Below, piece after piece: positions 21,304 to 32,848 of a DNA stretch of 64,000 bases. Below the pieces are notes generated by a model. That model saw only the letters and a program-made list of their open reading frames with translations. It was not told the origin of the DNA and made no database searches. Each line of letters starts with the position of its first letter. The stretch's first letter is position 1. The stretch covers positions 1 to 64,000 of the forward strand of contig JAADVB010000025.1 in the NCBI GenBank assembly GCA_023334545.1. The letters are read 5' to 3'. Made by a program: the position numbers and the translations under genes. The stretch is from Salisapilia sapeloensis CBS 127946 (lineage: Eukaryota > Protista > Oomycota).

Positions 21304-24050
21304 ATGTCTGGCTGGGGACTACGATTAAACCCATGGGGGTCGAGCTACTCTTCCCTCGAGTCGGAGCAGATGCGATTCATCCACAAGGCATTCTGTGAAG
21401 CCATGGAGATCGGCGAGGAAGACCTGCCTCTCCAGCTCCAAATGGATGACAAGTTCTATCCAAAGTACCGGCCGTCTCCGTCGGATTTTGATGAAAATAC
21501 CTTTATGCGCAAGATGCAGGACACGATGGGGTTGCTCCGGAACCCGGCAGAAGCCATGATCTCGACGATATGCGCCTACCAGCGAGTACGACGCCCTGCC
21601 ATCTCTTTCCTCCTACTCGTGATTAACGCTTGATGTCGTGATAGGAACGTCATGATCGGAATTTCGCCTTTGCAGGGTATCTAAACGACCCACGTACGCT
21701 TCTCCTGGAAGAGTTTAAAGACTGGTGCATGCGGACACTGGCGTCTGCGACGTGCACGACGGAATCAATTTTGAACGACGTCCGGCGTCGACATGCCTAC
21801 ATTTTGCGTCTACAGCACGGTCAGCAAGGGCTCTTCCACTCTGGCAATGGCGAGAGATCGCTCTTGACGACGCTCAAGGATGTCCGCAGCGTCATCGAGA
21901 CGCGCGTGCTGCCGACGATCGAGGCCGAGCGAGCGCACTCGTCTGCGCGAGAGCAGCTGACGGTGCTGGAGGCTCGCGGCACGGACGGTCTGATGCACGG
22001 CGTTCAGTTCCTCTTCTACGTTTTCCGCAACACGGCGAACACGCCCGCGGACTGCACGATCAGCAACCTCCAGTCGCAGCAGCACGCCGGCATGAAGGAC
22101 GCGATGAGCACCAAGTCAGGGCAGATGCTGCAGGTGCTCCTAACGACTCCTTCGTTCAAGACGTTGTTTCCTGAAGCATCTACGAGTCAACGCGGAGAGC
22201 CTCTTCTTCCGCTGCAACTGACGAATGAAGAGGAGACCGAGATGGCGAGTACAGCCGTGTTCACGGACGACCATTCGAAAGCCATGGTGCCGTCCGTTCT
22301 GACGCGTCAGACGAGGTCCAAGGACACGCAGATCACACCGAAAGACTTTCTCTCGTCCGCCAACTCTGGTCTCGTGCCTCTACGCACAGAAGCTGCGAGT
22401 AAAGCCTACGATATGTTCACCAAGCTCCACGCGCTTTTGAAGTTGTTAGCAGACCTCTTGGTCTCGTGTCGTAAAGCTCGGCAACTCGCTGGTCCTGGAG
22501 GTGACTTGCTCGTGTATGGTCCTGGCGGAGAGGAAGTGCGTCGGTTGATGCAGTCTCTCGAGACGGTGCAGCAGGAGATCAACAAGACGGTGTCCAAAAT
22601 GACGCAGCTTGGCGTCCGAGAGCTCGATCGTCTGAAGCCGAACCAGGAGAAGGCGTGGCGGTATAGCTTTAGCAAGGTGCTTCCTTTGGAAAACTACTTG
22701 GCGCATGACTTTGGTGCCTGCGTCGAGCCTATCCAGCGCATCTACGCGAACAGCGACCCTGTGCACGTGAAGAAGATGTACAAGCAGTTCCGGCAGGCAA
22801 CTGGCATGTGGGTGAACGAGAACAGTGCCGTGTGCCGCCAGGTGTCGTCTGCACTCGGGACAAAGTTTATCGAGCGCTCGACGCCAGCGTTGGAGTCAGA
22901 TGAAGAAGGTCCGACGATCGAGATGCTCGAGGAGGAAGAGCCGACGGATGCGCCTCTTGCGATCATGCCGGACGTTGCGACGGACACGAGCTTGATGGAC
23001 GAGAGTGAGAATGAGCATCCGAATGGGAGAGAAGCGTCCGGGAGTATCTTGGCGTCTGCTGCGACGTTTGTCACGTGGGCTGTCGGAGCTCAGAAGACGG
23101 CGGACGAAGTGCCCAAGCAGCCGGATCAAGAGCGAGATGGGTCTTCGACGCCGCAGAACTCGGACACAGATGAAGAAGAGATGGAGAAAGCACCGTCATC
23201 TGCGTCGTCTACGAGTTCCTTGGCGTCTGGGACGTCTTCTGTAGGTGTCTTAGATGCGCTTTTGCTTGTTCGACAGAGTATCTCGCGAGTGACGCAGTTG
23301 TCGTGGGGAGTCCGTACGTCAGTCCATACTTCGAGTATCGAAGAAGGAGACTTTGATGCGTTCGTCGTCCTTTGTTCCATCTACGAAGCAGTCGGCGTCC
23401 AATGCACAAGTGACTTACTCCTCCGTCTCCGACAGCATCGTCTACGTCTTCGACAGCTCTTGCAGAGACACTTGGCGAGCATCGTGAGCTGCGTCGGGGT
23501 CGTCCAGAAGCGCATAGTCGATGAAGATAAGAGCATTCGAGGTATGAGTCTTGTCTACAAGCGGCTCGAGCGGTCTTTATCGCTGCTCGAGATGGAGATG
23601 GATGGCCTGCTCGTGAACTTCAAGCAGCTCATGGTCGAGACGGGTCGGATGAAGCAAGGCGTGCTGGCCATGCCGCTGAGTCAGACGCGCGAGCGGCCGA
23701 AGGGCGCGGCTGGCCTGGCGTTCAATTCGATCAACGCCTTAGCGAGCAAGGTCGGCGGGACGACAGCACCGTCGGCAGCCATCCTCTCGCACGGCGAGTT
23801 CATGGCGCAGATGACGTCGCAGTTAGATTTGCATTGGAACAGCATCTCGCACTTGATGCAGAGCGTCAAGGGGACATTAGAGCAAGTCTCGACGGTCTCG
23901 CGGAAGCTCTCGGACTGTGCCAAGGACCGTCGGAACGTCGTCCCAGGCCATCAGCTCGACTACATCTTTGAATACAACTACGACGGCTTCTTTCGCGCGA
24001 CGACGAGGGACTTGCAGGAGCTTTTGCAGAGTCTCGATGGCATGGACTAG
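21304..24050 (+). CDS. Large hypothetical helical/coiled-coil protein, 2 exons
   Basis: MSGWGLRLNPWG exon (ORF 21274-21633) with donor near 21586 and acceptor near 21645 leads into the 773-aa ORF 21729-24050. Strong GC-rich codon bias. Confidence 0.75.
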
Positions 24051-24114
24051 TCTTATACATATATCAACGCTTGCTTCTTCTTAAAACAAAGTAAATGATT
24101 TTTTCATCTTCGGC

Positions 24115-24615
24115 TTAAACCATGTCGAGTAGATCTCCATCACCTCTGTCCATGGAATCGTTGAGGACGTCGGGAGGTAGAGGAGACGACTGGGGCGTAT
24201 CGGTGTCTTCACTGTCGACTCGACGTCGTTTCTTGCTCTTGAGCGACTTGCTGCGTTGGGACACGGGGGGGCTCGTGCCGGGGGCACGGCGCTTGATTAG
24301 AGTCGAGTCCTCCGTGCGATTGTAGTCCACAAGGTCGATGGACGGAGGCTGCGCGAGCATCTCGTAAGCACACGAGTTCGTGAAGAGACGTTCGGAGCTC
24401 GTGTACGGCCGAGGCTTCTTGGCCGTTGCATCTTTCCGGCCGCTTTTCGTGTCGGCGAAGCCTTCCCACCCACGCAAGATGTTCCCATGGGGCGTTTCCT
24501 CCAAGTACACGTCTTCCTCGACCTCGATCTGCTGCTGCAGCTGGAGGATCGTGTCGTGGAGCTGGAGCTGAGCCTGCAGCAGCGCCTGCATGCCGTCCGA
24601 CACTGGCTTGTCCAT
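24115..24615 (-). CDS. MEAF6: NuA4/MOZ histone acetyltransferase subunit EAF6
   Basis: LQQQIEVEEDVYLEETPHGNILRGWEGF and SSERLFTNSC match the NuA4/Eaf6 core motif. Confidence 0.85.
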   Translation of the reverse strand: MDKPVSDGMQALLQAQLQLHDTILQLQQQIEVEEDVYLEETPHGNILRGWEGFADTKSGRKDATAKKPRPYTSSERLFTNSCAYEMLAQPPSIDLVDYNRTEDSTLIKRRAPGTSPPVSQRSKSLKSKKRRRVDSEDTDTPQSSPLPPDVLNDSMDRGDGDLLDMV

Positions 24616-24763
24616 CTGAAATACTCGTCTACTACGGAATTAGAAAGTGGATGTACAACAGGAAGAGAGATGTGGTCCAATTACTTGTTTGTTCGTTTAT
24701 CAAGGACACGAAAGGAGATCTAGGCAAAGAGTAGAGGCAGAGGTAGGAAAGAAACAACAAGGT

Positions 24764-25921
24764 CTACTGCATAAACGCCAGGAGGACCGTCGAGATCGCC
24801 GCCACGGCAGACACCGACGTCATCGATGCGCCATCCTTGCCGTCGCCATTGCCCGCGTCACCGTCGTCGCCGTTCTTTCCGCCGCCGACCTTCTTGTCAC
24901 ACATCTTGCCTTCGTGACCTTCCTTGCACGTGCACATGCCGTCGTTGCTGCACTCGCCATGTCCGCTGCACGCCTTGGATGACTTGGGGTCGCACTTGGA
25001 GCACTGGTCACCAGTCGTTCCTTCCTCGCACTTGCACACTTGCTCTTCCAAGTCGCATTCGCCCGTCAGGCACTGGCCCGGCAGAGCGCACTCGTCCGAC
25101 GATACTTCCTCGCACACGTCGCCGCCGTAGCCGACGTTGCACTGGCACTGGTACATGTTGCTATTGATCGGCGTGCACGTGCCGTGGCCGCTGCACAAGA
25201 GTTTGCTCGAAGACCCGCTGCCGCTGCCGCTTTCGCTGTCGCCAGCCATTTCCTCGAGGAAACGACGAGCGCTGCCGCTCGTGCTGGCACTGCCCTCCTC
25301 GCCGGCGTTGACCGTGCCGGCAGCGCTTTCGCCCATGTCGCCACCCGTCGAGCCGCTCGACGTGCTGTTGCCACCGGCCGAAGACATTTCGCTGTCCGAA
25401 GGCATGCAGCCCTTGACAACAGCGTCCGACGTGCCGAGCTTCTTGGCGATCTTGCCGGCCTTGTCCGAGTCGTCCGACGTGCCGAACAAGAGCTCCTCTT
25501 TAGTCATGTCGAAGTCGACGCAGCCGTAGATGACGTCGAGCGTCTTGCCGTTCGAGTCCGTAACGCCGGGCACACAGTCGACGGCGTTCGAAGCGCTCTC
25601 GGACGCACTGGACGTGCACTGGGAGGCAGGGATGTAGGAGCAGACGCTGCTGATCTCATTGTACGGAGCTTCCCACGACGAGAAGGACGGACAGAGGCCG
25701 ACGCCCGTGCCAGAGCACGTCTTGGATCCGTTCTTCATTGGGAGACACTGTTTGACTTCTTCCGTGCCCGAGCGCGTCGTCTGGAGCGCGACGCACTGGT
25801 AGTCATCTTTACAGTCGTCCGAGTCATCGCAGGCGCCCGGGTTGTCATTCTTGTGCTTGGCATAGACACTGTTGGTGGCGAGGACGGCCACGACGGTCGC
25901 GAGTTGCCATACTTTAACCAT
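24764..25921 (-). CDS. Secreted cysteine-rich EGF-like repeat protein, probably GPI-anchored
   Basis: Signal peptide MVKVWQLATVVAVLATNSVYA. EGF motifs CSGHGTC...CQCNVGYGGDVC and CSGHGECSNDGMCTCKEGHEGKMC. G/D/S-rich spacer and hydrophobic C-terminus VSAVAAISTVLLAFMQ. Confidence 0.85.
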   Translation of the reverse strand: MVKVWQLATVVAVLATNSVYAKHKNDNPGACDDSDDCKDDYQCVALQTTRSGTEEVKQCLPMKNGSKTCSGTGVGLCPSFSSWEAPYNEISSVCSYIPASQCTSSASESASNAVDCVPGVTDSNGKTLDVIYGCVDFDMTKEELLFGTSDDSDKAGKIAKKLGTSDAVVKGCMPSDSEMSSAGGNSTSSGSTGGDMGESAAGTVNAGEEGSASTSGSARRFLEEMAGDSESGSGSGSSSKLLCSGHGTCTPINSNMYQCQCNVGYGGDVCEEVSSDECALPGQCLTGECDLEEQVCKCEEGTTGDQCSKCDPKSSKACSGHGECSNDGMCTCKEGHEGKMCDKKVGGGKNGDDGDAGNGDGKDGASMTSVSAVAAISTVLLAFMQ

Positions 25922-26399
25922 GGTGCTTCGAAGGGAGGTACGTTCGAGAGGAAGTAAAAGCGGAAATGAGGACCAAGCGAATTAGATCGGGAAGCACGTG
26001 GGCACGACGAGCGAGTAATTGATCTTGGACTTTGTAGCGACGATGCGACGACCGAGTATCCGGGTCGTACTTGCCGTCGTTATGGGGTGGCACTCGCTTG
26101 GCGTATGCGTGCGAAAGAGAGTGGACGTGTATGGAAAGCAAACCGACTTCACCCCCAGACCGTGGGTACTTCTATCCAAAGAACCTTTATAGGATGCTAG
26201 TGGACACAGTCATGACTACTGTCGAAGGGCATGACCAGATATGTCGCATTTGGAACGATAGAGTTGCTGCTCGAGGTTGATAGTAGATGGATAGGATAAG
26301 ACAGACCGAGGGTGCCGGAGACTTCTGAATCGAAGGGCTGGACTAGAGGTGTTGAGACGTTTGCTAGATCACTGAACTCGACACAGCCGGCAGTATGGA

Positions 26400-26800
26400 T
26401 GCAGATGATACTGTCGGATCTGTCAATGCCTGTGACATCTTCTCCGCTCCAGCTATCGCATTGGTCGAAGGACGTACATGCAAGTTCGTTTGAGCGTCAT
26501 GCAGTCGATCTCAAGTCTATCGGCTCTAGAGCAGCTACAGAGTCGACGAGGTGGTACGAAGCAAAAGCTGAAGAGAACTACCATGAAAGCACAGGACGTC
26601 GTGTGAACTCATGGTACTGTCTCTTGTTTAATCCTGCATATGAACGCTGATGCGATCTTTTTGTCGTCACGTAGCTAACAAGGAAGACCTTATCGATTCA
26701 CTTTATCATTTCGACTGATTTTTATCCACATCCTCCTTGTCTTATCACCCGACCGTGTGGGAACTAATCAAGTATCTTTGGATTATAATCAGTCTTCTCG
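26400..26800 (+). pseudogene. Degenerate inverted partial duplicate of the neighbouring Sec15 gene (two exon fragments plus their intron)
   Basis: 26529-26782 (+) aligns by eye with the reverse complement of 28504-28761, about 75 percent identity in a hand-counted 110-nt stretch. Shared donor CTCATG|GT and acceptor CACGTAG|CTAACAAG. Lesions: 2-nt deletion near 26605, 4-nt deletion near 26682, TGG-to-TGA at 26716-26718. Confidence 0.85.
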
Positions 26801-27529
26801 GAAGTCTTGTTATTTCGAGTTTATGATCAAAATGTACATGTAAAGCTACCTAGTTGCGGAATCAGCATTGCATCAATAGAGATGCAGAAGGAGTGGACAA
26901 TAGGAAGACGGCACGACCAGGTCATTCATGCACTCCTCCACAGTCATTCAAGATTATGGTAGTAGTAGTTTCGACAGAGCTTATGTATGAGGTTCTGGAG
27001 CTATCTATCAAGTGATGCGCCAAAATTACCTTAGTACGCACCTTAAATTGCATTGAAAGGTGCGTCAATCTGCGGTGACAGTCCATTACTTCAGTTGCGA
27101 TATAACAAGTAGCCTGGTCTGTAGAGTAGAGGATCTTGAAGGAATGAGCGATGGGCGTCATAGAAGCAGAATCGTTCGTTGTTGGCTTCAGCGGATAGTC
27201 GATGCTTGCATTGGAAACGCAGGCAGTTTCATCGCTCCGTGACACGCAGTGAGATATGATTTGGAGTGATAGATAAAATATGAATGTTTTAATCATGGAA
27301 ACTTGGGCATACGTACCGCTGAAAGCTTCCTGCTTTGAACATTGTGTTTATGTTGGGTACTCCGCGTGGACTTGTGGACAGATGTTGCAAACACAGAGGT
27401 ATAGTAAAGTCTGTTCAGTCTACATGAACCCTCCTTCGTGTCGATGAAATAGTTTATCTTTCCATGGGATGTTAGCCTTCGTCGACTTGGCTTGAAAACA
27501 GAATCAAGTTGGATGAGGCATGAGCTAAA

Positions 27530-27546
27530 GTAATAAAGAAAAAGAA
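27530..27546 (-). terminator. Pol III oligo-T terminator of tRNA-Tyr
   Basis: The minus strand reads TTCTTTTTCTTT immediately 3' of the discriminator base. Confidence 0.7.
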
Positions 27547-27649
27547 TCCGAGTGACCGGAATCGAACCGGTGACCAATTGATTTCCAAGTATACTCGAAA
27601 GAGTATTTACCACTACAGTCAATCGCTCTACCAACTGAGCTACACTCGG
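27547..27649 (-). tRNA. trnY-GUA: tRNA-Tyr(GUA) with 30-nt intron at canonical 37/38 position (intron 27612-27583)
   Basis: Acceptor stem CCGAGTG/CACTCGG+A. D arm GCTC-AGTTGGTA-GAGC. Anticodon stem ATTGA/TCAAT with CT-GTA-G. T arm ACCGG-TTCGATT-CCGGT. Removing 30 nt leaves 73 nt. Confidence 0.95.
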
Positions 27650-27907
27650 GCTTGCCTGCATCACTACTAAAATAATATAAAAATATGTTTTTTAAGGTAC
27701 TAAAGTTTTTACCTCTTAACCATTAATTTTCTTGATATCATTTACGCTTGTTGACTTTTCGACATTTAAGACTCTACAAAAATCTAACAACGAATGCACT
27801 TGGCTCATGCAAGGTTACAGCAAGCACTCGCATGACGTTAGAATGATGATAGATTATAAAGATAAAACTGAAAATAACAAAGTATTGAATAGTGTTTTTT
27901 ACTATCT

Positions 27908-30900
27908 TTACGCTTTCTCTTCTCCTTTACTACTCTTCTTTTTACTGATACTGATACCGCTTACCATGGACTTGTACATGAAGCTTCCCGAAAATTTAGG
28001 CGAGGGCGGGAACGGCATGCGTGGTGAAGAAGGGAGTTTGGCGCTGGCGAGTTTCCCTAGGAGTCCAACTTTCTTATGCTGCACCTGCTCTTTATCATCT
28101 TTCATCTTTCCCAGTGCAACCGCAGCATCCTCTCGCTTTACATGCGAATAGAGATTGGATTCTCTACTCCACAATGAAATTTAAGAGTAAGTTATTATAC
28201 ATGCTAACGACAGACATACTGTTTCAGGATGTCAGGCTTGTATGCATCTTCAGACAACAACAGTTCCGTCAGTTCCTGCACTGGACATAGCGCTCGGGAT
28301 AATTGTGGAACTTCCAGAGAGTCGATGAATGATGTCAATGCTTCCAAGTTACACTTGAGGCTCAAAACGCCGGCGTAGCTGAGTTTTTTTATGGTAGTCC
28401 CACACAAAATTCGTTGGAAACCAGTATTGATGTAGCGAGCAACAGTTGATCGGATCCCGTCTTTGGCAGAGGTAGGTAGGCTTTCAAGGTACGTGAACGT
28501 TGTCCGAAGGTACTTGACCAGTTCCCACACGGTCAGATGAGGAGACAAGGAGGACGTCGGTGGCGACCAGTCGAGATGGTAGAGTGGATCAATAAGCTCT
28601 TCCACTCTTGTTAGCTACGTGGCAAAGATACAACGCATCAGATTTCATATGAAAGATCAGGCAAGAGGCAATACCATGAGTTCGCACACGACATCCTGGG
28701 CTCTCGTAGTCGTCTTCTCTAGCTTTTGCTTTGTAGTATCTAGTCGACTCGGGAACTGCTTGGAGGTTGGGAGGTGATGGATTGGTTGCACGGCGTTGGA
28801 GCGTAGTCCGACTTGTTTCATTACCTTTTGATTTTGCATCGATCGTTGGATGAGGTCAGAAACGGTAACCAGACATGCAGCGTTGCATCCGATAGATATC
28901 ACCTAGCGAGCGCAATTGTATCTTGCTGTTAGCATGCGGAGGATGAGGATGATCGAATACGCACATACCGTTTCTTCCGAAATGTCTTCTTGCTCGTTCA
29001 TGATCTTGTTTAGTTGGCCATCTACATACATCACTATGTCCATGCTCTCGCTTTGAACAGTTCCATCCCAATCCGGAATGCCCAGACAGCTATTGCAGTA
29101 TTAAATGAGGCTACAGTTTCTATCCTCATAGTCTAGATGCAGACGTTACCGTCCATAGCTGAGCATGCCATTGATGAAAGTCTTTAAAGCATGAAAAGTC
29201 TTCGGCACAGTCTACATTGGCTACTTAGTAGCTATAACACGAGCGCATAGTTTGAACCTTACCTCAGTAAATGGTAAAAGGACCATCTCGTCACTTTCAT
29301 CCATGTTAGTCAGGATTTCATTCTCCAACACCGTCAGTTTGCAAGAGGAAAGCATCTAAGTTGGTCAGTTAGGGCTCAGTAGCAAATTTATAAATCCTGT
29401 GGACTAAGCATACCTTGTGAAGTTCTTTTCTAGCGACACGAGCTCGACGATACGGATCTGACTGTGTGCATTCCAGCAATTGTCTACAAAGTTGTGAAAA
29501 GCAAGCTTGTACCATGCACTAATTGCTACAATAAAGACGCTTACTGCTTTGTTTCTTCCATAAGGCAATGGCGGAATGGTCGAGATAGCTTTACCAATGC
29601 ATTCAAGAGGCAAGATACATCAACTCCAGTACCCTGATCCATGAGGACCTTGCAACTAGCAAATACCATGTCTTTTAGCTCTAATATCTTTTTCCAGCTC
29701 CGACATTCGTCCACGGCCTCCATGATTCTGCTACTCAACTGCTCAATGAGAGGTTTTAAGATGCTGTTGATACCCGACCGAGATTGTAAAGCTTCGCAAG
29801 AATGCTTTGCCAACGAAGTCTCGATCATGATCAAACCGACTAGTCTTTTAAGCATGCTATCGTGGTCGTCGATTATGACAGAGTTTGTGGTGTTCTCGGG
29901 AATAAAAGCAGTAAGCTGAAGGTCAGTCTATGCATAGCTTTTGTCACTGCATTAAAATTCTGTAAATGAACTAGAAGTATTTACCGATCGATGTGTTCGA
30001 TAGAGTTTTTGAAGTGCTGCAAGTTCGTTCATGGAACGAAAGACGTGGATCGAGCCAAGTACTGGCCTAGCATGCGATTTTAATCGCTGCACAAACTTCG
30101 ACATCATTTCCTCTTGCTTGTAGTGCATCTCAAACTCGCTGGCTAAGTCAACCACTGGGTAACAGTTTTCATCGACTCCGTCCTCTTCTTTCTCAGAAAA
30201 CGGAGGCAGCTCGACAGCAGATATGTCATCTCCATCTAATAGCGGCTTGTACACCTCTAAAGCAAGTGATCCAACCTCCTAAACCATCAGCGGTAAACAT
30301 CCACAAAGGCACGTTTCATGTATCAACAACAGTCAAACTCACTTCCGAAAGGGCTCTGGAGTCATTTATCCACGCAGTAATAATGTCCTCAGCTTTATTC
30401 TGTATGAAAGCCGTCGTATTCACACACCAGTTCTCCAATACTTCTCGAAATAGTTTGCTCTAGATGTGTATAAGAGTTCATTTAAATCGGTCAAACACAT
30501 TCAGATAGGTAGTACCTGACAATTCGTAGCTCCATGCTTGACCTGCTGTACGACTTTGATAGCATGATATGTTTGATTTTGACAAAGAAATTTGTCTGCA
30601 GCAATTGCCAGCTCTGCCTAATGAACAAGCAAACGCTTAGATATAAGCAGCTTCTGGATGAGTAGATAGCTTCCAACCAGTTCAAGACACTGCTGGGATC
30701 CTACAATAGACGCATCAATGTATCTTAGGACACAACAAGTCGATTCTTGTAGCTCTGACTTGGCGTTGACACTACTAATAGCTTTCGCCAGTTCACTCTG
30801 ACGGCGAGAGAGCAACGAGTCAAGAGATGCCACATCTTGCTTGAGTCTCGCGACATCATCAAGCGACGTTCTCAGCTCATCTTGGTTCGAAGCACAGACA

Positions 30901-31077
30901 TTGCGCAGCTCTTCTTCTTTCGCGAGTGAAAACCGACGCAAGCTTTCTACCACACGTATGACTTTCTACTAGGCGTACAAGAACTAAAGGATGACAGGTA
31001 CCAATAAAAGCATCTTCCGAATGCATCGTCATGGCTTCACGAGCATCATCACTCCATCTCGAGTTTTGCACCGTCAT
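27908..31077 (-). CDS. EXOC6: Exocyst complex component Sec15/EXOC6, many short exons
   Basis: N-terminal SLRRFSLAKEEELRNVCASNQDELRTSLDDVARLK, PVLGSIHVFRSMNELAALQKLYRTHR, and C-terminal IDPLYHLDW...ELVKYLRTTFTYL...CNLEALTSF...YSHVKREDAAVALGKMKD follow the Sec15 layout. AT-rich and intron-dense; exon boundaries only partly resolved. Confidence 0.75.
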
Positions 31078-31212
31078 CTCTGTCTTTGTCTCTTCTACTC
31101 TCGAGGAATGAAATAAACGAGTCGTCAACAGTTTCAACGCCTTCCTATCAATCCGAACCGACAAGATGTATGTAAAATGTAATAAATTCCCAAGTATATT
31201 CCTAAAAACAAG

Positions 31213-32661
31213 CTATCCTTCCGGATCCGATAGAAATTGCAAAATGCTATCAATCACATCCGGTGGTCGATTCGCATCATGCTCACCGTCGAACTCGACG
31301 AGACTCTTGGAGCCTCCATACGCCTCATAAAGTGCCAATGTATGCTCTGGCGAAATGAAGTCTTTCTTCTTTGTACACACGAATAGACTCGGATACTTGA
31401 TATCTGGAAGAGATGCCAGGACGTTCACGTCGGTAAAGTAGTAATTCGCAGATTTGTAGACCGAGCGAGAGATGATTTTAGACGCGGCGCTGAGCATGGT
31501 TTCCGGGAGCTTTAAGTTCCGTTTCTCAGCACTCTTGGACACTTCTCGCAACGAGTCCGAGATGACTTGTTGCAGATCACCGTATCCACTGTCGAGTACG
31601 AGGGACGAAATAAATTTATTTTGCGGACCCTTTGGTGGCTGATGATACCCGATGATCCGCACGCGGTCTCCACTGCGCTGCACCAAGTGTGTGCATGCCT
31701 CTGCAGTCATGTCGTGAGAGAGCTCAACGTCGTTGATAGCCAGCACGACAAAGTCGCCGTTGGCTGCCCCGATGCGAGACATGCGGAAGGGCAGACCGAC
31801 GGACGAGGCTCGGGCACAATGCACTTTGCCGGTATACGCATCATGGACGAAGCGTAGACCGGCGGCATCACGACGGGACAATCGCCAGGTCTTGTAGTGT
31901 CGCGTCATGTTGGCTTGGAGGTACATGAGCGCCGTAGTGGCTCCGACAGCTCGACCCCACAAGTATACTTTGGAAGCTTTTCCACTAGCATACAGATGAT
32001 TTATCAGTACTTCCAAGTCGTCTCTCTCGTAATAACCAAAAGAGAAACGGTCTCCTTCTGACATGCCGGAGCCTGAAAAGTCGAACGAGACGATGGAAAA
32101 GTCTTTAGCGAGCACTCTGTTCACGAAATAAACACACTCTTTACGAGACGAAGACATGCCGTGTAGATAGACGATGCAAGGTTTAGGAGCAGACAGAGGG
32201 GATCGCGCGGACGGCGTTGGCGGGTGGGAGGAAGATTCATCGGCTGGCAGTGGACTTGGCAGTGGCTCGAAAGGAGCGGAGCGTCGACGGCGATTTTGTG
32301 CGAGGAGATTAAGAGGCATCCACATACTGCAATACAACACCTCCTGCCGTTTGTTTTTCAACATAAAGTCCTCCCGTACAGCTTCTAGAGGCGTAGTAGA
32401 CGCATCCGTGTCATTTCGAGGGACTTGAAATTTGGACTCGCCGAGGTGTTTCATCGAGTAATTCGCACGTACAGGGACAGAAATGGAGTCTACGAATTCC
32501 GTGTATGTGCTCTTAAAGAGCTCAAACCAGCTCGAGAGTCCATTCGCCTGTAAATCGGCCTTCCGGAGCTACAAGAGCGATGAGTGTATCATCGATCGAC
32601 GCGTATAAAGCAATCATACCTCTTCCTCCATCTCTCCAGCTTGGAACACTTCGAATGACAT
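31213..32661 (-). CDS. Alpha/beta hydrolase-fold protein with altered nucleophile (GRAVG) and internal PDZ-like insertion
   Basis: Exon 1 32661-32620, 51-nt intron 32619-32569, then open frame into ORF 31213-32454. CIVYLHGMSSSRKE, SFDFSGSGMSEGDRFSFGYYERDDL, LWGRAVGA, SLVLDSGY, KDFISPEH, FDGEHDANRP. Confidence 0.85.
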
Positions 32662-32848
32662 GATTTTGGTATCAACGGGAAAGGCCTTGCCACGTACTTG
32701 CTTTCGAAATGTCCTTTCCCGACGTCCGGACCGGACTTGTACCTGCCGGCGTGAGTTATCTGAGACGAGTCCGCGGAATAAGATACTCTAGGTTGGATGT
32801 AGCTAGAAACAAGAGTTGTAGTTGGATCAACCTAGAATGTATTGACGC

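Noticed and set aside
26312-26650. 112-aa plus-strand ORF
   Set aside because: GTG start, and it reads mostly in a different frame from the Sec15-homologous peptide. Better explained as part of the decayed duplicate.
26716-26718. In-frame TGA as possible selenocysteine or readthrough
   Set aside because: It aligns to a Trp TGG in Sec15 and sits among frameshifts, so it is a nonsense mutation.
27293-27664. 123-aa minus-strand ORF containing VAQLVERLTVV
   Set aside because: It is a translation of the tRNA-Tyr gene and its flank, not a protein.
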